From assembly GCA_964016885.1 (NCBI GenBank), contig OZ024747.1, positions 80,538,001-80,602,000 on the forward strand: a stretch of DNA of 64,000 nucleotides, written 5' to 3'. The notes beneath the pieces were generated by a model that saw nothing but the letters and a program-made list of their open reading frames with translations, was not told the DNA's origin and ran no database searches. A program made the position numbers and the translations under genes. Positions within the stretch are counted from its first letter, which is position 1. Every line of letters starts with the position of its first letter. Below, piece after piece: positions 28,335-42,864 of this stretch. Source of the DNA: Eledone cirrhosa. Taxonomy: Eukaryota.

Positions 28335-28337
<3 letters not shown>
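28292..28337 (-). ncRNA. Hammerhead-like motif (family of 15792-15902)
   Basis: CAGGGCT-tc-CTGATGG-TTTCTCCCGAAT-GAAA-CAGTTC-TAGTCCTG. Confidence 0.6.
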
Positions 28338-28381
<44 letters not shown>

Positions 28382-28420
28382 AGAAAATGCGAAGTAGTTT
28401 CAGATGTTAAAGTCCTTTAT

Positions 28421-28610
28421 TAATAATTGTTTCTACTTTTGGCACAAGGCCAGCAATTACCCAGTGTATTACTGGTACTTTATTTTATCGACCCCATAAG
28501 GATGAAAGGCAAAGTTAACCTCGACGGGATTTGAACTCAGAATGGCAATGGCCGTAACTCTATGCGTCAGAGCATGGCGTCCGACCCTCTACCGATACTG
28601 CCAATCCACC
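28421..28610 (-). mobile_element. SINE family 1
   Basis: Reverse complement of 1334-1520 consensus. Confidence 0.9.
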
Positions 28611-28694
28611 TAATAATGCTGTGATACATATTTCAATGATGACAGCGGCCACACGATTTCGTGTACTCAGTGCCATGACATCATCAGACAGCTT

Positions 28695-28752
<58 letters not shown>

Positions 28753-29117
28753 TAAAAATGAATAAAAATAGACCGAGAAACAAGAATGTCCTTCATCAGT
28801 AGCCTGCTGATTATCGTTGGTATTTCTTCGCATTAAAGACTAGATACCTAAAATCAGTGCGAGCGATAATTAAATTAAGTTATCGGGACAGAGGAAAACA
28901 GAGGAAAGGAAGCAAACAACATGGTAGTAATGCAACGTAAAGAGAGGAAACGAGAGACAAGTCAATGAATCTTGTGGGCTAAAGTCCGACAAATCAAATG
29001 ACGAGAAGAAACAGACGCGTCCGAGCCACGAGAAAAGTGAAGTGAGAGAGGAATGAAATTCACGTGGGTCAGACGGGAGGAAGTGAGAGAGGAGGAGTAG
29101 CAGAGCGTGAGTGAGTG

Positions 29118-29150
<33 letters not shown>

Positions 29151-29240
29151 GGTAGAACACAGGAAGGTAATATCCGGAGTGGTAGAGCACTCAGTCCATG
29201 GGACGAGTTAGGTGGAAGTGGTTACACAACAGTTAGTTCA

Positions 29241-29290
29241 CCATACCGAGAACAATTGTTTCACCTTAGCGGATCCTCAGCTCGTAATGG
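29241..29290 (-). ncRNA. Type I minimal hammerhead ribozyme
   Basis: CCAT-TA-CGAG-CTGAGGA-TCC gctaa GGT-GAAA-CAATTG-TT-CTCG-GTATGG. Confidence 0.78.
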
Positions 29291-30086
29291 ACATGGTTAT
29301 ACGGAACAAGAAGGACAACCGTACGAACGCGTATGCGAAGAAACCGGTCACTTCACACAGGCAATGCTAAAATGCATGCGAGAGGTGTAAGGGAGATAAC
29401 TGCGAAAGTCCGAAAAAGTTTTTAGTTGATAAGAAAATTATGATGTTGTTGTAATAATTCAATCCGGGGCTTTGCAGTTATGCAAGAGGTGATCGAGATG
29501 TGTGGACAACGTGTGAAGAATTCATTTCTCGTGTTTAGGCAACCACTATTGCATAATCTCTTTATATATATATATATATATATATAAGGAAAAAAGATGA
29601 AATCGAAAATAAATATTTATTTGTTTCCTTTACCAGTTTCACAGTTCTTATGCTTTTCAAAAGTAGAATTGATATGGAGGGTTTGTGGTAGAGAGTGTGT
29701 GATATGTAAAGCCCCGATAACGGCGCCAAGCGGTTTCGGCTTGCTTGTCACAAGCCGAAACCGCTTGACACCGCGGTCGGGATTTTACATATCTCTATAC
29801 CTCCTCTGCATCTCCCCATGGTTAGTGGTCTCCTCGGTTTCAACCCCACAGACTCCTCTCTCTCTCTCTCTCACTCTCTCTCTCTCTCTCACTCTCTCTC
29901 TCTCTCTCTGTGCGTTTGTGTGTGTATGCATGGCTACCTGCATGTATACATATATAATTTATCAGATGAATCACTGGTCTGTTATGTTACGTTGGTGTTA
30001 CCCCGGCATAGCATATGTTGAATCACTGTATAAACCCACGACGTTGTGGAAGACATTGTCTGAGACCGATGTTAAAGTCCTTTATT

Positions 30087-30279
30087 AATAATTGTTTCTA
30101 CTTTTGGCACAAGGCCAGCAATTACCCAGTGTATTACTGGTACTTCATTTTATCGACCCCATAAGGTTGAAAGGCAAAGTTAACCTCGCCGAGATTTGAA
30201 CTCAGACCATAGAGGGTTGTAACCTTTTGCTTGCAAAGCATGGCGTCCGACCCTCTACCGATACTGCCAATCCACCGCC
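30087..30279 (-). mobile_element. SINE family 1
   Basis: Reverse complement of 1334-1520 consensus. Confidence 0.9.
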
Positions 30280-31120
30280 CGTTGCCAATCTATTTTAAGT
30301 AATACATAATCGTTTAATAAAAGTTTGTGATTAATATATTTTGTCAAGTTTAATGAGAATATTGTACTCCAAGTACATTTTTGTTAAAGTGTTTTAAATG
30401 ATCCCCATTGCAAGAAGACATATAACTGAATAATGTTTAGAGAAAGGTATTGATTTCTGGTTGATACTGCGTGTTCAATGGAATCTTGCCTGTGATAATT
30501 GCATTTAAGGGCGTTTTAAGGCAGGCAGCTACCTGTCGTTGCATAATAATTTTTACCGATATCAATACGTGGCCGCCATACACACACACACTCTATTATG
30601 CTTAACATCACGTACGTGCATATACGTGAGTTCATTTGTGGGTTTGTGCATGTGTGTATGTGTATTTCTGACTGAATGTTTCTATTAATATTCATTAGAG
30701 TGAGCAACATTATATAAAAAAAAACAGTGTTTAAATCAATTCTCAAGGACCCTGACCAGATCAGTATTAAGCTAACTCGAAGATGGTACCCTAACTATCA
30801 TTCGCTGTCAATATTCAATGGCAAAAATTGTTTCTATTTAAATAGATAATTAGTCGTAGAATATACAGCAACACATCAAATATGGATTAGCAGTAACTCA
30901 TGTAATTCATTCGAGGAATCAAATGTTTCTGGCATCCAGTTGCACCAAAAATAAAATGATGACGGCTGGTAGTGGCAGTATATGTATAAACATATACTCG
31001 TTGACACGAACACACACGTATACATGTAAACGTAAATGTGTGCGTATACATACACATGAATACATATGTACATGTATGTATCTACATAGGTGTATCTCTC
31101 TCTCACTCTCTCTCTCCTTC

Positions 31121-31160
<40 letters not shown>

Positions 31161-31200
31161 ATATAATAATAAATGGAAACTATATTTATAAAACCATATT

Positions 31201-31266
31201 TATTTTATTATATATATTTCAAGGGCAACCAAGGCAAATTATGGTGCGCTTTCATCAGCTAAAATA
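31201..31266 (-). ncRNA. Hammerhead ribozyme, same family as 8651-8716
   Basis: Reverse complement reads TATTTTAG-CTGATGA-AAGCGCACC..GGTTGCCCTT-GAAA-TATATA-TA-ATAAAATA. Confidence 0.8.
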
Positions 31267-31706
31267 CAGATTTGTTTTATAAATAAATCAATAAATAATC
31301 CACTAACTAGTTGAGTGCTTTATATCAGTTATAAAAATGTTTAAGCTTGTTGAATCCCAACAAATTAAATATAACCTCTGCATATATATATATATATTTA
31401 TATATATGAAACATTATCTAACAAATTTGGTATAAAAGCCCTGAACAACGAAAATGTTGACAGGGTCCCACGAGTGACGCTGTCAAATGTTCCCGTCCAG
31501 GGGCTTTTATGCTCAGTTTATAAGACTATTTTCATAGGAAAAAAAAAATACGTGCGTTGAAGCTTCTAGCTCTAGATTAATTTTCAGTAAATATATAGCC
31601 GGTTTCTAAAAAGAGATCATATATATTAATATATATATTTGATAGGTTAAAACATTGACATATACAGGTGTAACCTATTATACTTAACCTGTCCTATGGA
31701 CATTTA

Positions 31707-31777
<71 letters not shown>
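31707..31777. repeat. (ACT)n microsatellite
   Basis: Direct read. Confidence 0.98.
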
Positions 31778-32739
31778 ATTTTCTGTGGCATTCATGAATT
31801 TATCAAAAGGCAATACTAATATGAAAGTGTAAAAATCTTTGAAACAGCTATAGGAAGTAATTCAAAGCGGTTCATAAGCTTAACATATACCTTAGCTTGC
31901 TCAACTTACACTTATATGAAACGTTGATTAAAGTTAATACCGTCATTGGTTATTATACAATTTCATTCACACATAGTGTTTAAAGACTTAACTCATCAAG
32001 CTATTTAAGCCCTGAAGCATCCAAATTAAATGGACTAATACTTTTACAGCCTCCAGCTATTACGATTACCAAATTTTAAAAATATTCGTCTACGAGGTTT
32101 AAATTTCGACAAATAGCGTTCTCAGTGAATCAGACACAACTATCACCCGATGTCACATTGATGGCGCCAAAACCTAGACATAATTTCCTTTAGCAGGATT
32201 TTACAGGATTGTTGAAGAAATGAAAGTCATGTGTGTTAATTAGACGTAATGAGAAATCTGTTTCTTTAATGCAATAAATTCGTTGCTACAATTACACTTT
32301 ATAGTCAATTTCAAATTCCTATTCATCAGCATACTACTTATTCTAGCATCTAACTAGCCAGTATAACCACAATTACTACCATGCCACCATCTAAAGTTCT
32401 ATCTTCATCGTCGGCATCACTTTCATCACTAAAAGCTAAAAACAATAACGTCCAACTTCACAACCATCCCACCACGTCTATCGTAAACTCTGAAATGCAT
32501 TTATCGATAAGAAAAAAAGTTGATGCATATGGAAATGGAAATCTTTATATATTCCTATAAAATGTCAAATTAGCATCAACCATGTAACAAAATGTCCGTA
32601 TTTCACTGTAACTAAACACCACTAGTTATTACGTGCATGCAATTGGTCTAAGGTCTAATGTAAATGACATGGCTAAACCAATTGGTGTCGTCAATTATGC
32701 TTGGTTTATCAATATATATATATATATGTATATATATGC

Positions 32740-32780
<41 letters not shown>

Positions 32781-32792
32781 TAAATATGTGTA

Positions 32793-32823
<31 letters not shown>

Positions 32824-32852
32824 ATGTATATATTTGCATATATATGTATTTT

Positions 32853-32888
<36 letters not shown>

Positions 32889-32934
32889 TATACACACACA
32901 TATATATATGTATGTATGTATGTATGTGTGTATG

Positions 32935-32991
<57 letters not shown>

Positions 32992-35900
32992 ATATATATA
33001 ACCCAAAGTAACCTTATTCTCAGATCATGATTTGCATTTGATAGATGTTATATTGAAGGTGGGTGGCGAACATTGCTATATCCTCGATAATAATAAAAAT
33101 AATCATTTCTTGCAAGGCCATTGTTATTTTTTTTTGGGGGGGGGGGGGGATAGTTAAGAGTCGATTATCTCAACGTCAATATTTAACTGATACCTAATTT
33201 ATCAACCCTAGAGAAATGAAAGGAAACGTTTATCTCAGCGGGAGTTTGACTTAAAATATAAAGTGCTGGAACAAATTCCGTAAATATTTTGCAATGTAAT
33301 CTAACGATTCTGTCAATCCAACGCTATAAATAATACAAATAATAACAGTAATATACAAATAAATTTACTTTTATATCTTCTGCAAAATTTAATTATATTT
33401 TATTAAAATCAAAACCATATTTCAAAGTAAGATTAATCGCACTTCATGTTTTCAACTCTTATCGACGCCCCTAATGTATAAACTTCAGCGTTTTATTAAA
33501 TTATGTAGAAATGTTTTCCAAAACCAAAACGATTTCTATATTTTGCCTAAAATTCTGTATGTTACTGGCATTTAATTATTTTAGTCTACTTGAGTGCATG
33601 TGTGTAAGAATGCGAAGTTTTAAGATTATCAATTTTCATTTGACAAAATGTTTAATGATAAGCAACATTTCTTTTATTATTCAAGACGTCAACTAACTGA
33701 AATAAACAGCTGTATATTTTATTGAATTCCGGTTCGGTTCTGTGTTCAATATTTTTGCACAACAACAATACCATTTTACTTTTTTTTAGGTTGTCATTGT
33801 AAATTTAAAATAACTACATTCTTTCATAACACTTTGAAATTTATGATGATGAATTACTGGAACTTGCTACGTGAAAATAAAATGTCGTAAATTCCTGGAA
33901 TATTTGTCTAATAATGAAGACAATAACGTTATTATTGAATTGTGGAACAAATATTAGGAATTCCAATCCTCTTGATATAATGGAACTATTAAAGAGAGAA
34001 TCAAGCAAGGATAATCATTTAATAGTTATGCTTCTTCTACTAAACCCTTAAACTATAATGCCATTTAGTATTTACGCGAATTTAGGTTTTACAATCTCAT
34101 TACAATGCTGGCAGCTAGCGGGAATATATTATGAAACGGCCGTTATCGGGGTTTATTTATCGATGGAGAGAATTGTAAAATTTGAACGCCTGAGAATATA
34201 CTGTTATCCATATTTATGACAAATGAGACAACTTTATAGCCTTTGCGCAAACCTTTTAGGGGTGAACAATACAGCTATGTCCTTCTGTTAAAAACGAAAT
34301 GTGTAATATATAACTGGAGTAAAATATTTGATTCAATAGATTCTAATCTTCATGAATATTAAAAAAATAAGAACATAAAATTTAATTTATGAGAAAGAAC
34401 ACAATCAATCGTATTTTCAATTGGCTAATTTTTACGTCAATACCGTATTATTTATATGGTGAATAGTGACTTTTCCCTAATGGTTATCACATACTCTTTT
34501 TTAGCTAAACAATCTTTGTGTAATTAGGAAACCATTATTTATTTCAAGACACATTGTGTGGTAGATCTATTTTTCATCGTTAAAAATCGAAACTAGACGG
34601 TTTATCTAAATTGACACTTCCATATACTGAGATAGATTCACAACAGGTTCAACCTTCCTTTTCACGCTTCTCTAATAGATAAAGTACGTACCCATAAAAT
34701 ATAAGTAATAAATTTCGGTCAAATCAACATATATATATATTTCTTTATTTAAAAAAGACGATATTATATTTAATTGAGAGATCTGTATTTATAAGATGGG
34801 AGTTGGACAGGGTATACAAAATAGAATCATCTAAATAATGTAAGAGAAGAAAAATAGCGAAACATTTGGCTCGAATGTTACTCATCATTGCCATCACAGT
34901 TGAAGAAAACGAGATAGTGAAAGTAATGTACTTCCAGATACTGGCGGGATAGCAGTTATGGAATGGCATTGGTTTGATTATATAAATATTTATGGTTTGA
35001 TTAGCATTTATTTTGTCTTATTATTTAAGCTATTCGCTTTTTTCATTATTTTCGTCTTTAATAAATTACATAGGTTGCTTGCCAGAAATATCAAAATCTG
35101 GCACTAAATTTATCGACAAGGAACAGAAATTATCATATAGAAACCTCATCAGATTCGTTTAAATTAGAGCAGAAGATTTATAGTATCTAGTATTTTATAA
35201 CTACACGAAGAAATAAATTGGCAAAGAATTTCTCACTTTTCAGGATATTCCGATGTTTTGAGAATGCTTTTATAAATATATCGATATCAGCTCGAACTCG
35301 CAGTGGAGGTTATCAAACAATAAGACGTAAATCATAGCAAACAGCTTTGAATACATGGGCTCAAACTAAATGTTAAAGAGGAATACAAAATAAATATGTG
35401 TATAAAATTCTTTATAAAATCAATAACAATTCTTTCACCTCAATAACAGTAAGGCATCATTAAGTATCAGAAGAAGGATTTAGTACATTACTCGCTATAT
35501 ATAGTTGGGAGCCTCTTATGCCTTTCGTATTCTAGAATCCTGTTGACTCTTCATAATATTAAAATCTATTTCATAAAGTATTACTTGAATCGACAACTTC
35601 AAACCCATTATCCAAAATAGGTCTTGTGATTAAGAGAGAAATCAATAATTCAGAACTTGTGATTTGCAATACAAATAGTAAAATCTCGAGGAATAGGCAA
35701 GCGAACGCTAAATATATGTAAAAAGAAAGGAAAAATTGAAATGCATTCGCCGCTCCTACCCTGGCTGATGAAATAGCTGCGACATATGTGCGTAGATTAA
35801 ATACTTTCAGCATGAATGTGCGTTTATTATACGTAAGTATATTTATATGATTTCATATAAACCTTTATTCTGAATCACGCTATCTCCGATTAAAGCGAGG

Positions 35901-38534
35901 GAGTCAAGGTTACATGAATATAAATAAGCCTTCACCAAGACAAATATGATTATTATATCTATAGAAAGATGTTATCTTCCAGATTTAAGCACCCTCACAA
36001 AGGAGTAGGTAACTGCACGCTGATGATATGTAAAACAGCCTGACATGCTTTCATTGACGGTTACTGCCCTAACTGTTGAAGTAGCTGCAACATGATTGCT
36101 GCATAGGTACACAACACTAGATGTGCAATAGGTTATATGCAAACATATTGCATATAAATTCACATAAACCTTTATTTAATCGATGGGTTTCATAATTAAA
36201 CAGGCCGATTGACGTAGCTTGAAAGACGACACGTGGAGTTAAATTCGAATAGGAAAGGAGCGGTTACGTGTTGTAACCCCTTTGTGGTTGTGCTGGTCTT
36301 GGATCTGTAAATTATCTTATTCCCACCCCCTAGGTGATGCTCCCCCTATTGGGGAACTTTTTTGTTAATTTGTCACCTGCCCTCTGTCTATCTTTACTCC
36401 TTTATATGTAAATCCTCACTGTCTCAGTTCAATATATTGCCAGAAATGATTTCGAACCCAGTTACCAATAAAAGAAAGCATTGTTATTGTAATATAGCTG
36501 TCAGGCAATCGCGGGACTTTACCAATAGAACAATGTGCTAAGTGTACAGAAAACCTCACTTGCATTCAATAATTGGTTAGTGGAATGTAAGAGCGATGAT
36601 GAACTGTGATTGGCTCTTGGCGTCGACGAAGAATGTCTAAACACGCTCTCTGGAGAAATTTCAGGTCGGAGATTATGGGCAATTTTCTTGGCATGGCAGT
36701 GTTACAGAGGGACACATATTTATATATATGTATTTTATTGTTAATTGTTTTCGTTATGTAGTTTTGATTCGATTTCATTGTAAACCTCACTGTCCCTGTC
36801 TTTGTATCGTCACCTATATGTTGGACCTTGTGGCCAATGAATTAAAACATTATTATTATTATTATTATTATTATAAATTTTGATATGTACACTCATGCAT
36901 AAACATGTACTAATGACGACCCTTTGAAATCAATTTAGTAAATCGTTTGCTAGAACGTGCCAAAATTAGAAAAGCAAGAATGAATTTTGCTAGAGGTGAT
37001 ATAATTTGATGCATAACTGTCATCTGCTGTCCAAATGTTTATCACTCATAATTTTTTTTATTGACTAGCAACATTAGCGGCTCAAATTCCTGCCAGTCTC
37101 AAGCTCATAATGCCAAAAATACAACACGCATACACACACGCACGCATATACACGCGCGCACACACACACACTCACACACACACACGCACATACGCACACA
37201 TGCGATTACTTTTGGTTGTTTTCTCGTGTTGCGCCTCATAAAAATATTAACAAGTTTTTTGAATGACATAAGTCATACATTTCTTGTTTTTTAATGAATC
37301 TATTTGGTATTTCTGTATCTCCACCCTTCCTGCTTTGTTTTACTATTGACTGCGTTCTTTTTCTATATTTTTATCGTTAATCATATTGGCACTTCTCCAC
37401 AGAAATGCCGAACGATCTTTACTTTTTATTTACGTCATTAACTTACGGACCACGTCTTTTGTCACTTTCTATCGGTACTCCTATAAAATAAACAATCTAT
37501 GAAATGGCATAAAATACTGAAATTAAACTAGACGATCTTTTTTCCCTAAGACATGATAATTAAAATATGGTAGACGCAAAGTAGCAATACCAAATATCCA
37601 ACGAAACAGTAGCACATAAATCTCCATACGGCATTACCCTTCTAAGTAATTCTTGTCAGAATGATTTCTTCTCTCGACAGGAAGATTTTTATTGGAAACC
37701 AAACCCAGTGAATAGAACTATAAGTGTTATGTTGTTATTGACTTCACATAAAAGCCCAAGTTCAACATGTTAGTTTCTGTTTTATTTGTAGCATCAAACC
37801 AAAAAAGCAGCCATTCCAACCTAGATACAATCGACAATCACACATTCTAATTTCGATATCACTTTCTATCTTTAATCTGGTAGTTAACAATCTGTTATTC
37901 ACCAAATATCAAACACCACAACACAAGCAACGACCTGAAAACCTTAACATTATCTTATTTCAGTTGGACACACAATGTTCCATGATGACATCGATGCTGT
38001 AATGAATGTATGATTTGATATTAAATCTTTGTTTCGTTTGACTGGGCAGTTGGCGTGTATGTTTGTTTACAAAACATACATATTTGGCTAGCTATTTTAC
38101 CTATTCCTTTTAACAATTGGTTCTTCGAGGTTTTAAGAATATTTTGTGCCATATGTTTAATCATACAGCATTCTTTACTTGTTTCATTTTCTCTGCAATC
38201 GATAAAGGATTAACAACTGCAGCGAAGAAATGATTTTGAGACATATTTAAATATTAACTAGTTTAAGCACTTGCATTATACAGAAAAGCTTCCGTTCAAG
38301 CAAATTTGCGACTTTGTTTCCATATGACTTAAGAAAAATATTTTCATTTAAAAGTGTTTAACTTCAGAATATAGAATACAAGATTTTGATTTTAACGTAT
38401 ATACATTTTCCCACCTTTGGTTTAAATACATGTATAGTTATGGTATGTTATCCCTGTTGTTGAATCTCATTCTTGTATAAAAATTCCACAAAACAATTGA
38501 AGGTAAATCTATATGGAAACCAATGTATATATCA

Positions 38535-38930
38535 CCTTGACCGACCAGTATGTCAGGCGCCATTCGGTGCCGCTGGTCACAGCAAGTGCTGTTTTAGCCA
38601 TACGATGACGCCATCCCACTGGCTGAGTAGGCAGGCGGCCGTAAGTCTAAAGTCTGTCTTAAGCCAGAAGGCTCATATGGCCGGTGCTTATCCCGGTTTC
38701 ATGGCGTGAAGCGACTGAGTGTACAAAACTCCCCCCTGGACAGGACGCCAGTCCATCTCAGGGTTAAACCTCCAGCTATTGCTGGTACTCATTTTCAGCT
38801 GAGTAAACTGGATCAACGTGAAATAAAGTATCTTGTTCAAGGAAACAACACATCATCCGGTCCGAGAATTGAACTCACAACCTTTCGATTGCAAGTCTAC
38901 TGCTCTAACCACTAAGCCATGCGCCTTCAT
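38535..38930 (-). mobile_element. Near full-length SINE family 2
   Basis: Head homologous to 20348-20488 at 38790-38930, plus a GC-richer 3' body. Confidence 0.85.
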
Positions 38931-40121
38931 AATGTATATATATTGGATTTAAATGTACGACAAGACTTATATAACTTAATCAGAACTGAAACATTACGTG
39001 TTGACACATTTGCATATATATAATTCTACTCTATTACCATTACAAATTAAATTCAGTTACATTTTTTCTGTAAAGAATGTATTTGAAATTAATCAATCAC
39101 ATACCTTCTCTTGTTCATATCATAGGTAATGACCTTGAAAGTGATTTTTTAGATATCATTTTTAAAGCATAGGACGTTTAAGTTTCGTCTATACTCACTG
39201 ATTTATGTTATGGGATTTAGTGCCGGGCGCTAATTGAGGGGAGAAATGTTGTGCGTATTGTATAAAGAAAATCGTTGACAACTAAATTGAGTGTGAGCTG
39301 TGGGAGTTGTTAGTTTTCATGTGACGGATATCGATTTTGTAAAAGATTATGCCTTGTGTTATTTTATTGGCTTGTAATTGTGTAGAATACGTGGTGTGTT
39401 AGAGGACAAGGTGGTATATCTTCTATATTGTGTAGTGTAAGTTATGTTATTCTATTGGGTGATGTTTTATAGCGGATGTGATGCATGCAAAGTATGTACA
39501 CTGTGTTATACTATTAAATTGAAATTGTATTGTATGGTTGTTAGTGTTCTTTAATCTCATAACGGCCCCAGTCCAACAGACCTATGATCTAGTGCATTTT
39601 AGTCATGATCAACCTGAATTGTTTTCAGGAAGAAAATACTGTGGAGTATATGGAGTATATTTCATGAGAGATTTCAGTGAGATCATGCCGCCAATACCAA
39701 TAGAACCGACAGCAATTTGGAGGATGTTTCGTGGAATCATTAAGTACAGGAGTTAATTTGATCGACTCAGCAGCTTCCATATAATTTCTGACCTTGCAAC
39801 AGTGTTAACATTAATAATTAATAGATTATTAGCTCTTAAAAGGCTGCAATGATTTATATGAAAATATCTAAAAAGAACGTGTTTGCCAATTCAAATGATT
39901 GTAATATTTTTGCTAGTTGACAAATCATTTGCAGTATAAAAGTAAGGAATCAATTATTAATGCAATTCTGACATCCTAATGCCGTTTCATGAAGTACAGT
40001 GAGGCATAGAATACCAGGGCTGTTAAAGCGTAGGGAATGGTCCTACCACACGGCGAGTCCTAAACATTTAGCATTTAGAACCTGGTACAACCCATCCCTC
40101 TCTAGGTTGGAGCAGGGGGAA

Positions 40122-40156
<35 letters not shown>

Positions 40157-40294
40157 AGGAAAGGAAATCGAAAATGCAACTGGATTCTTTTTAAGAATAT
40201 ATATTTGTTTCCTTTACCGGTTTCACAGTTCTTATGCTCTTCAAAAGTAGAATTGAGATGGAGGGTCCGTGGTTCTTCTTATATATATATATAC

Positions 40295-40401
<107 letters not shown>

Positions 40402-40843
40402 GGTGGTGGTGTGTGCGTGTGAGCATGTCTCTATTTATTGGTATTTTAGATATTAAAACTGAATGTAAAAAAACAAAGTATATAGTTTATACACATACCG
40501 CACATTATTCAAAGTGTATCTGTGTGTGTGTCTACAACCGAATTAGCTTATGGCGTGTTTTGAACTTAAACAGAAAAGCATCGGTATTTTTCAGAAGGAA
40601 CTAATAAAAAAAGGCAATTGGAGTCAAAGACAAATGCCAGACAAAGGTGGTTATAGAAGTGAAAGAGTAGACACACACACACAGATACACTTTGAGTAAT
40701 GTGCGATATGTGTATAAACTATATACTTTGTTTTTTTACATTCAGTTTTAATATCTAAAATACCAATAAATAGAGACATGCTCACACGCACACACTACCA
40801 CCACAATGTACTTTTGTACTGTGTGTATATATATATATATATT

Positions 40844-40890
<47 letters not shown>

Positions 40891-40912
40891 TTATACATAC
40901 ACACACACGCAC

Positions 40913-40945
<33 letters not shown>

Positions 40946-40969
40946 TATATACATATGTGTGTGCATATA

Positions 40970-41214
<245 letters not shown>

Positions 41215-42864
41215 CATGAGTCTATTTAGTTTGTTTTTAGATAAAAAAAAACAGAAAGAAAACAATTACAAAATAAGCAATAACTATTTTTATAAACTTC
41301 ACTAAAGGAAAGAGAATTGAGCACTAGAAGACAGAACAGGCGATAGAGACACACATATATAGAGAATGAGGGGGCGGGGGGGGGGGGGATGAGAGTGAGG
41401 ATGAGTGGGAGTGAGGGAGAGAGAGTGAGGATGAGAGGTAGTGAAGGAGAGAGAGTGAGGACGAGAAGGAGAGTGAGATAGTAGTTGATTGTCTCGTTTG
41501 TGAAAACATTCATGCCCAACATCTTGTTAATACGATGGTTGATACCTGACAGGTTAACGGGTTGTAACTCTCTCACCCTCACCCCTCTCGTATCTATCTC
41601 CCATCCTCTTCCTCGCGTACTTATTCCTCTATCTCTCTCCCCTTTTCTCACTCACCCACTTGTTCCGATTTTTCTCTTGTACAGTTTTTTCACGCAATAT
41701 TTTTTCTAATTTTACATTCCATCTTTATCTGTTTTCATTTCATTCTCTATATTTTCTATTCTGATATAAATATATTTTGCACATCGCATAGCACAGCCAC
41801 CACCCATTTACCTTGCATACACATACACATACACACTAACTCTCATATACACTAAAGAAAAGCTCTCGCACATACACACGGAATCACATCTTAACAACGA
41901 GCCACACACAGTTGTGTACACGACGTTCGCATGTGCCCATTCCCATGCACACCTATACACACAATTATAATTATAGATAGATATATGAATAGGATATTAG
42001 GTACGTATGCTGCCGACTATATACATATATTGGAAATATTCACCATTAGAATTCACCAAATATCTTATCTCAAATTTATGCAGTAGCTCAACTTCTACCA
42101 ACTATTATGGAATATATTCTTTCCCTTAGACTCCAGAGAGAGGAAATAGGTTGACTTATAGAGTTACAGCATATATCCTTGTTCTTTCTAGTTTCAAATT
42201 CATCACTAATGCACATTCATATTCTGCTCAGAGAAAGAGCCATGGATACATATTGGATTTTGATAGTTACAGGGTTTGATGTATCGGACACATACATCAT
42301 GGCTTAGAAAGTCTCAGTGGAGTTGTTTAAATCCGGGGAAACTTTCGATACATTACAATGTAATTTATCCCACAAAAGCCCAAACTAACTATTTATCAAC
42401 GGTAAACAACATATTTATTGTGTAATTGGCACATCCCAACTTGCCAAACTGATTTCAGATCCTTGTATGACGCCAAAAGAAAATCAAAATATTACATTAT
42501 CTATGGAGTCAAATATGGTCAAATATTTCCAATGACGTAATGATTTATGAAAGTTTTCTTGCAGATTATATAGCTTTTTTTTTGTCGTATGTTGAAGTTA
42601 TTTACCGACCACAACGAATACATACAATAGTTTATAACTTTGCCTATTAAAATAACAGATTAGAGTTTAAGCAAAGAATCGCTGCTTTCACCATTAACGG
42701 GATTTTCTGAAACAAAAAAAAATCAATCTGTGGACGCGGAAGTAAATATTTAGAAAAACGTTGCAACCGAAGGAAAACTGGAAGACGATACTTTGATTCA
42801 TGAAGACATTCCCTGGCAATGAACGGAAAAAAGGAAAATATAATACGTCGGTTGGTTCAATTTA

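Noticed and set aside
28636-28697. Minus-strand CTGATGA..GAAA motif
   Set aside because: Stems I and III cannot be formed convincingly; at most a decayed hammerhead.
41365-41660. Purine-rich tract followed by pyrimidine-rich tract as a long inverted repeat
   Set aside because: Complementarity is only compositional; no alignable arms by eye.
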